From assembly GCA_020891255.1 (NCBI GenBank), contig BQFW01000006.1:1116001-1180000 (forward strand): a DNA stretch of 64,000 nt. The letters are read 5' to 3'. Under the pieces are notes generated by a model that saw only the letters and a program-made list of their open reading frames with translations, made no database searches and was not told the origin of the DNA. The first letter of the stretch is position 1; the number at the start of each line of letters is the position of its first letter. The position numbers and the translations under genes were made by a program. Below are positions 1 to 10,832 of the stretch, piece by piece. This DNA is from Entomortierella parvispora E1425 (lineage: Eukaryota; Fungi; Mortierellomycota).

Positions 1-302
1 CAGATCTTCTCGAGATGTTGTCCCTCTACGGCTACGCTTTGACGATCTGGATCCCTGTCTCTGTCCTGTCCGTGATCCCGATTGAGCTGGCTCGTTGGAT
101 CCTCCTTGGAATCGGAGCAGGTCTCTCAGGCGTATTTTTGATCAGAAACATGTACCCAGTTCTGTCCAGAGCCGAGGCCCAGATAGCAAAGATCATCCTC
201 ATTCTCGTCATCGCCTTCCACGGAGCATTGGCGCTTGTTCTCAAGTACAAATTCTTTGCCAACACCAGCACTATCGCTCCTCCAGCTGACCCTTCGACCT
301 GA
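1..302 (+). CDS. YIP1-family (YIPF1/2-like) membrane protein, 3' fragment
   Basis: Open frame running in from the window edge: ..LYGYALTIWIPVSVLSVIPIELARWIL..G..LSGVFLIRNMYP followed by a hydrophobic helix. Resembles the Yip1-domain C-terminus (recognised from memory). Confidence 0.7.
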   Translation, partial: DLLEMLSLYGYALTIWIPVSVLSVIPIELARWILLGIGAGLSGVFLIRNMYPVLSRAEAQIAKIILILVIAFHGALALVLKYKFFANTSTIAPPADPST

Positions 303-1258
303 ATAACCACATATTAAATCATATGGATTGAGTGCATTACAGCGGTTACTGCTTGTTTTTTTTCGCCCATGTGTGCTCTATTGTTGTTTTATGTTGACTG
401 TTACCAGTTCTGTCCAACCCGCAGCGCACGCAGGTTATATTGTCTACAGAGCAGGCACAAGCACGAGTGTGTATTACAAATCCGTGGGATGCAAGTGTGG
501 ATGATGGGCGAGGAGGGGTGGGCCTAGGCAATGTCCCTCAAGGCTCTACTCGAGAGCCTGTGGAGAAAGTCCATAGGCGATTAGCCATTCTTTCGCCCCT
601 CGTTCAGAAAAGCCGCGCGCTTCGTCCTCCTCTCTCCTCGCCACTTTGACGCAACAGAACAACAGAGTCTTCAGTCCAAAGCGACAACAATAATCCCCCG
701 TTTCCGCCGAGAGTAAAAAGAAAAGTTTGTCTTTGCATGTTTTTTTCTTTACAAGCTCCCCTCCATACAAAAATGTCATGAATACGAGAGTGGGCGCGAA
801 TATCCTGTGCGACAAACAAAAAGTTTGCGATCTTGTGGTCAGCGAACCAGAAGCGGACAGCGGCAGAAGAAGAGTCTACTCTGTCGTCCACCCTCTCAGC
901 CTTTATTATGGTTTCTATTCAGTCATGGTAACAAAGTTACACCCTCACCCTCGCCCGATGCAGGCCAACGGTGGGAGGGCAAGGCGGTCAGTCAAATTCC
1001 CCCCCACATCATCCCATTTGACATGCGCGCCTTCCAACGGTCAACTTGCTTTGTTACTCATGATCAGCCCGCTCTTGCTCCACTCATCTGTCGCCACATC
1101 GTACCATCCGTGTCGGCGGATGTTTTCCGTATAAATGCCCGAGTCTTGAAGGTGGGCTCGATCGATTTTTCTTCTTTTTTTCCCCACACTTTCCACTTTT
1201 CCCTCTTTATTTCTCACGCGTCTTTCCTTCCGATTTCTCTCCACAAAACACACACACA

Positions 1259-1927
1259 ATGCGTTTCTCAATTGCTGCTACCCTCATCGCCGCCTCGGCT
1301 GTCGCACTCCTTTCCCAAGTCTCGGCCGCGTTGACGGAACAAGAAAAAGCAGATATCCGTGAAATGGACGGTGACAATGCCAACATGTGCCCACCATGTC
1401 TCCAAAAGGCCATGAACAACCACTTTCCTCATGCATGTGACAAGGACTTGGATACCGGCCGCGTTCGGCCCGAGGGCGCCACGGATAGCGAAGAACACTG
1501 CGTTTGCGTGGCCTTCATGGACTTGCACTGGATGAAGGCAGATTGCTCATTCGAGTGTCCGTATGTCTTCAACGAGAAGACCATGGGCTTCTTCTTGCAC
1601 TCTTCCAAGATTGAGGGATGTGACAAGTGGATCGATTTTGAGACAGGTCTGGAAAAGCAGGTCAAGGGTCATCTCACCAAGGATCCCAGCTACAAGCCCG
1701 AGGTCTACGAAATTGCACCAGAGCCACCCAAGGACGAAGCCATCGCGACTGAAGAAGAAGATGAGCGCCTCTACGATGTCACGGTCAGCATCACGACGGA
1801 GGAGAGCGACGCCAAGTTGAAGGCCGAGAAGGAGGAGAAGGAACGCCTAGAGCTCGAGAGTGGAATCAAGGTCGATCCTGTCGTCGCCAAAGAGGCCGAA
1901 GCCGAGAAGCCCAAGGACGAGCTGTAA
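1259..1927 (+). CDS. Secreted-pathway Cys-rich protein with C-terminal KDEL (ER retention), unknown function
   Basis: Single 222-aa ORF with an N-terminal signal-peptide-like stretch (MRFSIAATLIAASAVALLSQVSA), 8 Cys including CPPC and CVC, an acidic tail and terminal KDEL-stop. Confidence 0.85.
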   Translation: MRFSIAATLIAASAVALLSQVSAALTEQEKADIREMDGDNANMCPPCLQKAMNNHFPHACDKDLDTGRVRPEGATDSEEHCVCVAFMDLHWMKADCSFECPYVFNEKTMGFFLHSSKIEGCDKWIDFETGLEKQVKGHLTKDPSYKPEVYEIAPEPPKDEAIATEEEDERLYDVTVSITTEESDAKLKAEKEEKERLELESGIKVDPVVAKEAEAEKPKDEL

Positions 1928-2303
1928 ATATCCCCCTCGCTGCCCTTTCCAAATAAATTAAAGAATGACCAAAAATGAAAAAAAAAAAAAAAGATCGCCA
2001 CCAACCAACCATTCTTTCAGGGGGTCACAGTTTCGCTTGTGTTCTTGTTCTTGAAGACATGCAGCTTGACATTTCTTTCTTTCATTGCCATCTCTCTCAT
2101 CCAGGACCAGAAGCAGGACAAGGTCGGGAAAGGACGAGGCGCAGGAACAGGACACCCGGCCCACGCCACGACAACTGAATAGCTGACAACTGTGCCCCAC
2201 GACTACGTTCTCTACTGAGCCCAGCTCTCGTCTACCCTCCTTCCTCCCACTGTTCTGAAAGACTGGGCGTAAAAACTAAAAAAGTCATCGCCCTTCAATC
2301 GCC

Positions 2304-3932
2304 ATGGGGACTTTGCATTCGCCACCAAACGAACCACCTGATCAACAGCAACAGCATCATCAATCACCACCACCATCACTCCCACCACATCAGGCATCCG
2401 AATCGGCGCACCCTCTTCTTATTCCAGAGCTTGTCCTTGCTGTGGGGTCACATCTATCTCAAACTCAGGCCCTACAGGCTGTTCAGGTCTGCAAGATTTG
2501 GTACGCCTGCCTCATACCCATCCTCTACCAACGAGTTACCCTTGGAAGAAAGAAGCAATCTGCCAATGGAACAAAGAAGGCTCAAAGGCCCATGCTAGGA
2601 GTTTTGCAGCGGTATGGATCGCACGTCAGGACACTCCTCTGTCCAGAAAACTACGCAGCACTAAGGTTGACAGCCCCTCTTTGTTGCTCGATTGAGACTT
2701 TGGTTCTGGGTCGGTTATCGGACGAAGTACTCGAGATCCTACGTCGCAATAAGGAGACAATCCGTCGACTCGAGTTCAGACGGAGCAAGAAGCCACTCAC
2801 GTTTGCGGAAACTCGAAGGAGCAGTTTCTTCCCACCAGATCATGTCCTTCAAATAATGAGTCAGATGCCGCAGCTGCGGACCCTCTCCATCAGCTCGCTG
2901 GTTCTCAGGACGGATACTCAGGCCACCTTGTTCTTTGGGATCTGTGAAAAACTGGCTGCTTTAGAACTCTCGGGCGACATCCAGTTCCTGCTTCCGTCGC
3001 ATGAAAAGAGTTGGCACACCAATACCGAACTTCGATCCCTGGCTTTGATCGACTGCAAACTGTCGACTGAACGAGAACTCGCGTTGCTTGCACATTGTCC
3101 AAACTTGGAGCACTTTTTGAAGCGGGACGAAGTTTTCTGTGCACTTTCACATCTCTTTCCTCAATGGACTTTTGACCCGCCTGAAATCAAAAGTTTTAGT
3201 TACACCTCACCAAACGCAGGCGACGGCGAACTGGTATGGGCGATCAAACTCCTTCCCAAGATTGATAGACTGGACGTGAGAGGCAGCAAGTTTGGTCCCC
3301 TTTGCAGTCAACTGATGGTGCTACACTTGAATGAACAGCTCAGGATTCTGGATATAACCGACTGTAAGAATGTAGATCCAGGTATGGTTAATAGGATCAT
3401 GTGTTCCTGTCCAGGGTTGACCAGCTTCAGTGCCGACAAAATCAGGGCAGAGGAAGTAATAGAGTCTCGGTGGGTCTGTTTGGAGCTGGAAGAGCTGCAA
3501 GTGGCCTTTATTGGAGACGGTGCAGGCCTATCACTCTATCATGTCCAATGTGGGGTGTACGACCAGCTGTCCAAACTGCGAAAGCTCCGGCTGCTCAGCG
3601 TTTCACGAGGGTCTTATTCCTCCAGGTCCATCCTTCAGCTTAACCTCGACAGCGGGCTAGCACGGCTTGCGCAGTTGAAAGAGCTTAGAGAGATTGGATT
3701 TGAACAGCCGGACGATCGAATCAGCTCTTTCAGAGTTGGGATGGCTGAGCTTCAGTGGATGCTGAAACACTGGCCAAGGCTCGAAGGAATCTATGGGACC
3801 TTGAGTCCAGACCCTAATTGGGGGACTTTTATGAAGACTTTTCTTGAGCGTGAGCGGCCGGGGATCCGGGTAAAGACCCAGTTGAACTACCACAAGCGTA
3901 CCGCATGGCCAGATAGCCTTGCCAACGTGTAG
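2304..3932 (+). CDS. F-box-like / RNI-like LRR protein
   Basis: 542-aa intronless ORF. F-box-like HPLLIPELVLAVGSHL..VCKIWY motif followed by LxxLxL repeats (LRSLAL, LRILDITDC, LEELQV, LRLLSV). Confidence 0.75.
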   Translation: MGTLHSPPNEPPDQQQQHHQSPPPSLPPHQASESAHPLLIPELVLAVGSHLSQTQALQAVQVCKIWYACLIPILYQRVTLGRKKQSANGTKKAQRPMLGVLQRYGSHVRTLLCPENYAALRLTAPLCCSIETLVLGRLSDEVLEILRRNKETIRRLEFRRSKKPLTFAETRRSSFFPPDHVLQIMSQMPQLRTLSISSLVLRTDTQATLFFGICEKLAALELSGDIQFLLPSHEKSWHTNTELRSLALIDCKLSTERELALLAHCPNLEHFLKRDEVFCALSHLFPQWTFDPPEIKSFSYTSPNAGDGELVWAIKLLPKIDRLDVRGSKFGPLCSQLMVLHLNEQLRILDITDCKNVDPGMVNRIMCSCPGLTSFSADKIRAEEVIESRWVCLELEELQVAFIGDGAGLSLYHVQCGVYDQLSKLRKLRLLSVSRGSYSSRSILQLNLDSGLARLAQLKELREIGFEQPDDRISSFRVGMAELQWMLKHWPRLEGIYGTLSPDPNWGTFMKTFLERERPGIRVKTQLNYHKRTAWPDSLANV

Positions 3933-4089
3933 ATGAGAAAATAGTCAGGGACCATGCAAGAATCTGGTTGCAAATTAAAGACAGTCACAGTATTTACTTT
4001 TTTTTTTTTTCTTTTTTCTGGCATGTAAGCATGCAGTTGCTTTTTTCAGGCATTCCTCTCTTGTTCACATTCTTTATACCAACCTAGCC

Positions 4090-6382
4090 ATGTTCTCTAT
4101 TCCTGGCTTCAATGTCGGCAGTCTCGTCGTCGAGGCACCCAAGGAACAACTGAAGAAGCGGAAACACGAGTCTGATACCACGACCATCGCCTCGTCGTCT
4201 TCCATCACCACCACAACCACCACCGCCAGTTTGACCCCCGCAGCGTCCACCTCCGCCTCGACCACGACCTCTTCATCTTCTGCAGGAGCCATCCTCCCCA
4301 TCGCCGCCTCTACTTCCAACGCACCCTTCTCCAAAAAGTTCAAGAAGGAACCCGTGTTCGAGAAGAGAGCGCCTTCAGAGCCCAAGCTTGGCTGGGGCTG
4401 GATTCCTGAACCCGTGCCTTTGAAGGAGCGTGCGACCTGGAACCAGTCCACCAAGGCCCTTCGCAAGGCCAAGGCAGAGGAGGAGAAGGCCAAGAGAGAG
4501 AAGGCTATTGAGGAAAAGAAGAACCTTGTGAGCTCCATTAATGCTCCCTCGACCGCTGTCGAGTTGTTGTTGAACGGCTCCGTGGACATGAAGGACATTG
4601 CCACGATCGGTAACAAGAAGAAGGCAGATCAGGACACGGAAAAGTCAGAGGAGGGCAGTGCTGGAGCCAAGAAGCGTAACAAACGCCTGGAGAGAAAGAT
4701 CAAGAGAGCTGCTTATATTGCCGCCTTGGAGGCCAAGGAGAAGAGCAACAGCGTTGCTGCCGTGGACAGTGATGTGACCATGACCGATGCGACCCAAGTG
4801 GAGGTTGCTGAAGAAAAGGCGACCGAGGGAGTTGAGGCCGAGGTGGCCGCAGAGACTGGAGATGGTGTCAAGAAGCCAAAGAAGAAGCAGCAGATGCCCA
4901 AGACCCCCTTGAGCCCCGAACTCGCAAAGTTGACAAACAAGGAGAGGCGCATGTTGAAGCAGCTCCAGAAGAAGCAGGCTGAGGAAGGCGTGGACCCATT
5001 GGCAAAGCCAACCCCTGCTGTGGCTGAGACGACACCAAAGGCACCCAAGGAGAAGAAGGAGAAGAAGGAAAAGAAGGCTCAGCAGGATACCAAGCCTGTG
5101 GAGCAGACCAAGGCCGCTCCTGCTGAAAAGGCTACCAAGTCAACAGTGTCGAAGAAGGCCACCGCTGCCCCTACCCAGGAGAAGAAGGCGGACAAGGCAG
5201 ACAATGTGACCTCAAAGAAGCAGCAGCAGCTTGCCAAGGAGAGAGAAAAGTTGCTCGAGGTAAAAAAGAGATCCTACCCAGGAATGCAGTTCTTTTTACA
5301 CCGGGCTTGTTCACTTAACCCCTTGTTTTTATTTCTCTGTAGGCCTTGTCTCGAACTAACAACGCTTTGGAAGAATTGCAAAAGTCTTTGGGAGATGGCG
5401 AGGACGATGCACCCATGGCCAAGGCCGATGTCCAATCCGCAGTTCAAGGAAAGAAGAGCAAGAAGGAGAAGAAGGCCGCAGCAACCACACCAGCACCTGC
5501 TGCCCCAGTAGCATCAGCATCGCAGACAAAGCAGCCAAAGTTGACTAAGCTTCAGGAGCAGATGAAGAAAACTCTTGCTGGTGGCAAGTTCCGATTCTTG
5601 AACGAGCAGCTTTACACCACAACAGGCGAGGAGGCCTTTGAGCTTTTCCAGTCCAAGCCCGAGCTCTTTGATGAATACCACGAGGGATTCCGTTCCCAGG
5701 TCGAGCTGTGGCCCCAGAACCCTGTGGACATTTTCATTTCTCAATTGAGACCCATGTCCAAGGATACTGTGATTGCTGATTTGGGATGTGGAGATGCGCA
5801 GATTTCAGCCGAGTTGCCCAAGCACAACGTGTTGTCGTTTGATCTGGTGGCTAAGAACGAGCGTGTCACAGCCTGCGATATTGCTCACTTGCCATTGGCA
5901 GACAACTCTGTGGATGTCGCCATCTTCTGCCTGAGCTTGATGGGCACGGATTTCTTGAAGTTCTTGAGGGAAGCTTACCGCGTTTTGAAGCCCAAGTGAG
6001 TGTTGTGATGCACAGAGAGTGATTGATGGTTCCATTTTCGCGTGTGGAAAATATTTGATCTAACCGCCGTCGAACTTGTTTTTTTTTTTAATCTTGCAAT
6101 AGCGGTCAGCTCAAGATCTCAGAAGTCATCAGTCGATTCACAGATGTCGATGCGTTCGTGGATGCGCTCAAGCAGTTGGGCTTTGAGCTCAAGAACTCGG
6201 ATTCGTCCAACAAGATGTTCATCATGTTTGACTTTATCAAGCCCGATCAGAGCGCAGCTGGTGGCAAGAAAGGCAAGAAGTCGAGCAAGAAGCAGGCACC
6301 CAAGGAGGATCCCCAGCAGGTCGACCTTGAGAGTCTGGATGGACCCAGCCTGTTGAAGCCCTGCATCTACAAGAGGAGGTAG
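4090..6382 (+). CDS. RRP8: 25S rRNA (adenine-N1) methyltransferase Rrp8 / nucleomethylin
   Basis: Exons 4090-5259, 5343-5995 and 6103-6382 joined by GT-AG introns in frame. Motifs KFRFLNEQLYT, FDEYHEGFRSQV..WP.NPVD, IADLGCGDA, FCLSLMGTD, and C-terminal LKPCIYKRR. Confidence 0.93.
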
Positions 6383-6495
6383 TCCAGTTAGTTTGTCCAT
6401 AGTATCTTCATTTTAAACACCAAAAAAACATTCATCATTTTTGCATCGAATTTGCACCAGGCCTTTCTCAAGGGTTGCGCCACTAAAAGAAAGTT

Positions 6496-6504
6496 TAAAA
6501 AAAG
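6496..6504. repeat. Left 9-bp target-site duplication TAAAAAAAG
   Basis: Identical to 14100-14108 and directly abuts the TIR. A 10-bp reading (TAAAAAAAGG) is possible if the terminal base is mismatched. Confidence 0.85.
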
Positions 6505-7525
6505 GAAGCTCTGAACCCAGCCCCTCTTTGCTCACTCCTTCACTTCAGAGGGGCTGGGCGCAAATCTCACCCTTTCCTATGGATGACCCAAAATAATTTT
6601 TTCGTCCAAAAAAGGAAAAAAAATTCTCTGATAAATAGTGTAATTTAAAAACTTTAAATAAATTCACTCTAATAATAATAAAATAGTGAGAGTAATGCCA
6701 GCCATGCAGCCATGCCATCGCTCGTCGCCCGGCTTGAATGGGGTTAATTTCTTCCATTTTTTCATTTTCAATGCCACCACTTTCTTTCATAAACCCCGCG
6801 TTCCGATCTTGCATTCAGCTCCTGCCACCTCTTCTTTATACCCTTCATCTGATTAAATGACAAAGATGGCAAGCAAAAGACCAATCGAGCAGAGGTGAGG
6901 AGACGCGTCTCGGGTGTCCATGATGCTCAGAGTCGCCCACGCGTCCATCTGCTCTATTTTTCTTCATCTCTTCATATTTTCTGTTGTAGTCATGATGCTC
7001 TTAGCAAATCTGATCAAGATATCCCGGGAACGCCGAGAAGATCGCGTAGCACCAAGGTGAGTAGCTTGATGTGGTGCCTGGTGGCCTCTTCCTGGTGTGG
7101 CCTCTTCTAACTCTGTGATTTACAATAGGGTGAGGGACGATTTCGTCTTGATTCCCCAGGTGCTCCTCCGCGAACCCCGCAAACAACACAAACCCCACGA
7201 GCACCACGAGCACCACGAACTCCACGAACCCCGCGCACCTCACAAACCTTACAAACGCCAAGATTCATACAGTCACCAATTGTGGCCAACCAAGTATGAA
7301 AAAAATCGTTAAAAAATATGTGCTGCTCGCGTTTTCTTTTCTAACAGATGTATCCACCTCCTCCCATTCATATCGATTAGGGAACTACCAATGGTTCTGG
7401 TGCTACCGATATGGCCCAACCTTTACCCTTTGTCATGGAGGCACAGGCTCTTTCTCCGACTTCTCAGGCTGCGTACATTGGAGGATCAACGCAATTCAAC
7501 ATTGGAAAAAATTCGACGCCACCCA
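6505..7525 (+). repeat. Left terminal inverted repeat (1021 bp)
   Basis: Reverse complement of 13080-14099. ORF-track entries are mirrored exactly (6545..6814- = 13790..14059+; 7001..7261- = 13344..13604+). The only difference found is a T5 vs T4 run at ~6957-6961. Confidence 0.95.
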
Positions 7526-10500
7526 ACATTGGAAAAGAGTCGCCGCGACCCAGCATTGGAGATGAATCACCGCGACCCAAGCATGCGTCAGAGGAGTCTC
7601 TGCTCGATCCTTTCTGTGACAACACTGATGGAGAGCCATTCGATAGCCCATTCTGGCTTCGGAGATTAGGAAGTAATCGAACAGAGACGCCGATGATATG
7701 GGTTTCTGGGAACGATTACATGAGGACCCCCACAAGAAAAAACTCGCGACGATCTAGGAATCTGAGCACCCCTCAGTTCGCGTAAGCATGAGATACCCCA
7801 ACCTGCCTACCCTGTCGCAACTTTAGTTGCCCCCAGGTTTACGCAAATTTCTAACATGCAGTGAAATTCAGTGATAGGATTAGGACTTTAACGGCCGACA
7901 TGGAGGAGCAGTTCAACTCATCGACACTGCAGGTAAATTCAGCACATGGTTTCGAAAACATCCTTATCGTAATTTATGAATTACCTCTCAAGTGAATTAC
8001 GAATTACGTATAGATGTGCATGCCCGATTCCCCCACACTCAGAGCGACCAATGGAGAGGATCGAATGCCCGGATCAACAAGGAAGCCGCATGTATGTGAA
8101 GACCGGTTGTCCAAAGAAACCAGCAATATGTCACTCCCACAGGCGTCTAACAATTATTTTTCTTTTTAGCATTCCTCTACCCACAAAGTTGCAATGATTC
8201 TTAACTACATCAGGGAACAACAGCTTTCACTTCCCGCCTTCTTCGAGAAGCTGTTTAACTCTCAAGATGAAAACATCAAGCGCTGGACTCATCAATTCTA
8301 TCACAAAGACGGTCCTCGTCGCGTTATCAAAATTTGGAGCCAAAAGTTACGCAAGATCAAAGAATGGGATGCCCCATTTGTGAACAGCGCTGTAGACGTC
8401 GTTGTCTCAAGGACTAAACGGGAGCTTGATCGCCTCAAGAACGGCGTCGTAGGTGACGATGGCCCACACCCAGCCTACCGATTCCCGCACAATAGAATGT
8501 CGGAGGAAAATATCGATAAGATCCTCAGGAACGGGTTTCTCGACTCTTACGCCGGCGAAGCTTCTTTTTTGACACGACTTTTGGACGGCATGCTTAGCAA
8601 GGGAAATGGTACGAACAGTGGCGATGGTAGCACCAGAGTAAACGAAGGCAACAACAACGGCAACGACAGTGAGAACGACACCGAGAGCAACAGCGACAAC
8701 AGCGACAATAGCGGCGACAACGACATCGACAGCAACGGCGATAACACCGTCAACAACGGCAGTGACAACATCGGCAACAATGATGAAGAAACTGTGGGAA
8801 GCGCTACACCTGCTCGCAGGCGCGGTCGAAAACCCAGCTCTGTTCGTGGCTGCATCTCTGCTATGCTCATGTTCTTGAGATCCCAGCAATGCAATGCTTT
8901 TCAGATGGTAATGGGCATCTATCTTCACTGCCTGGGAGCTCCCAGACGAGTTTTAGAGACTTTGTCGGCTCTTGGACTTTGCGTGTCATATGATCAGATT
9001 CACAGGGCATTGAAGGCCTTGACCAAAGACGCACAGGAGAGGGTGAAGGTGGCAGTCCTCAACAACGACTTTTACATTGTATACGACAACATCAACATTG
9101 CCACAAGGCACCATCACCAGAGAGTAGGAAAAAGAGACACGTTCGACAACGGCACAGCTGCTACCGTGATTCTGATTCCCGACAGCTCAAATCTCGGGAG
9201 CTCCAGGAGTGCTGAAATACCTCGATCATCCCCAATGGTTTGCTTCAGAGTGGACAGGCCAGAGCCAAGCGCCAGCATTTTTTTCCCCACAAGCACCGAC
9301 CGCACCATGACTAGGGCTGCCTGCCGCACACATCTGTCGACTGCCATTTCGCAGTTTTTGCCTCGATCACCCAGTGTTTGCGTGATTCCCATGCCGGCCA
9401 TTGACGTACTGAAGGTTGTTAAGACGAAAACTTTTCCATTGCCAACCATGAAGATCGATGAGTCGACTATTGCCGGAAATCTCGCAGTGCTGGAAAACAT
9501 AACAAAGATAGATCTCGGCTTAAGCGATGAATGGTTCAGCAAGACCACCAGGGACATCATAGTGGCCGGTGATCAGATGACTGTCTCTAGACTTTTATCT
9601 CTCAAGGTACACCGCATGGTTGAGTCGGATCCATTCGGCAGTCTTGGTTGGGTACATCCTACGTTTCAGCTCTTCCATCTCCAAATGACACTTTGCTCCA
9701 CGATCTACAAGACACATCTTGGCGCCGATGCCAATACCCCAGGCTCACTTGCATCATTCATTTCCCTATTGGCCAGTAAAGGCTTTAACACGGATAAACC
9801 GGAGTACAAGCCAACCAGTGAACTGCTGAAGATTGTTTTCGACGCAATGTCAATGGTACTCTGGGAAGATCTTCATACCTCAGTGGAGTCTGACATGACA
9901 AGATTCGTTGATCTTGTCATTTACGCCATAGCTAGTCTGCAGCATGCCAATCCCTTGCTCAATGGCCGGCCCTGCACTCCAGCAGATATCAATGCTCTTC
10001 TCTTCCTCCGAGACATGATCGTTTTCATCGAACTCTCTGCTGCTATTAAGGCTGGCGATCTTGGGCGGATAAGATGTGTGCTACCAACCGTGGCATTGAT
10101 GATGCACGGCGGAGGCAATTCCAAATATGCCCTTGAGCTACTACGATTTTCTCCACGGCATGCGCCACCTGTGGACGCGTGAATGGGAACACAGGGTCCT
10201 TTCAAGCATGCTGGTGAACCCTAAAGGCATTCCTCAAGCATGGATGCCAACGGACATGTACCAAGAAATCATCAACTTCCTCCTCAAAGCCACTCATGCA
10301 GCGAAAGGGCCAAACGCAAGCTGGGACTATCTTCGCGAACAAATCTCAACAAACGTCGAGATATTTCAAACCATTGCACGTAATTTCGAACGGGAGATAG
10401 AAACCAAGTACAACAGCACTGCTCACAAAAAACCATCCACGAAAGAGGATGTTGAGCTTGTCAGAGACAATCTCCAGTTCTGTGGAATCCTTTGGGCATC

Positions 10501-10666
10501 CAAGCAAGACACTCGGCCTTCTCCATCCGTGGTAGTTGACCTTCAAACTGTTGGCGCGCACAAAATGGCAGAGAGTGCTATAGCATGTTTTCTCAGAAAA
10601 AGCGATAGCTACGATACTGTGGATATGGAGGAAGTCGAGGCCAACGACCATGTTGTAGCTGAATGA
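6866..10666 (+). CDS. Academ-type DDE transposase (DUF6589-like), ~1098 aa after correcting one frameshift
   Basis: Modelled exons 6866-6894, 6990-7056, 7129-7293, 7381-7781, 7872-7932, 8014-8091 and 8170-10666. Candidate catalytic motifs YIVYDNIN, IVAGDQMT, FHLQM and TDMYQEIIN. A +1 T in TTTT at 10147-10150 splits ORFs 8194..10182 and 10127..10666. The core ORF is solid, while the 5' exons are inferred from splice signals. Confidence 0.8.
7498..7578 (+). repeat. 27-bp (9-aa) minisatellite, 3 units, at the inner edge of the left TIR
   Basis: Units encode NIGKNSTPP / NIGKESPRP / SIGDESPRP. Confidence 0.8.
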
Positions 10667-10832
10667 TATTTTATGACAATAATAATACTAACTAAAGAAG
10701 AATGAATGAATGGGACCTGGGCTCGTGCGATGTTAAATGGCCCGGCCGGCTGTAAATGTTTGGTTGTGCAGGGTCATCAGATGCAAGCAGTGACTCCATC
10801 TCCTTGTCATCTTGGCTCGGTCAATTGATGGG

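Noticed and set aside
6545-7312. Small ORFs inside the TIRs (e.g. 6545..6814-, 7001..7261-, 7097..7312+, 7107..7289-) as separate genes
   Set aside because: They are mirror-image or off-frame shadows of the repeat. The HHEHHE and VRGVRG repeats are alternate frames of the TPR/APR-rich spliced exon 7129-7293.
7348-7380. Acceptor at 7347 (CTAACAG) for TIR intron 3, and acceptor 7861 for transposase intron 4
   Set aside because: Both lead to an immediate in-frame stop. The next AG in each case (7380 and 7871) keeps the frame open. They remain possible unproductive alternative sites.
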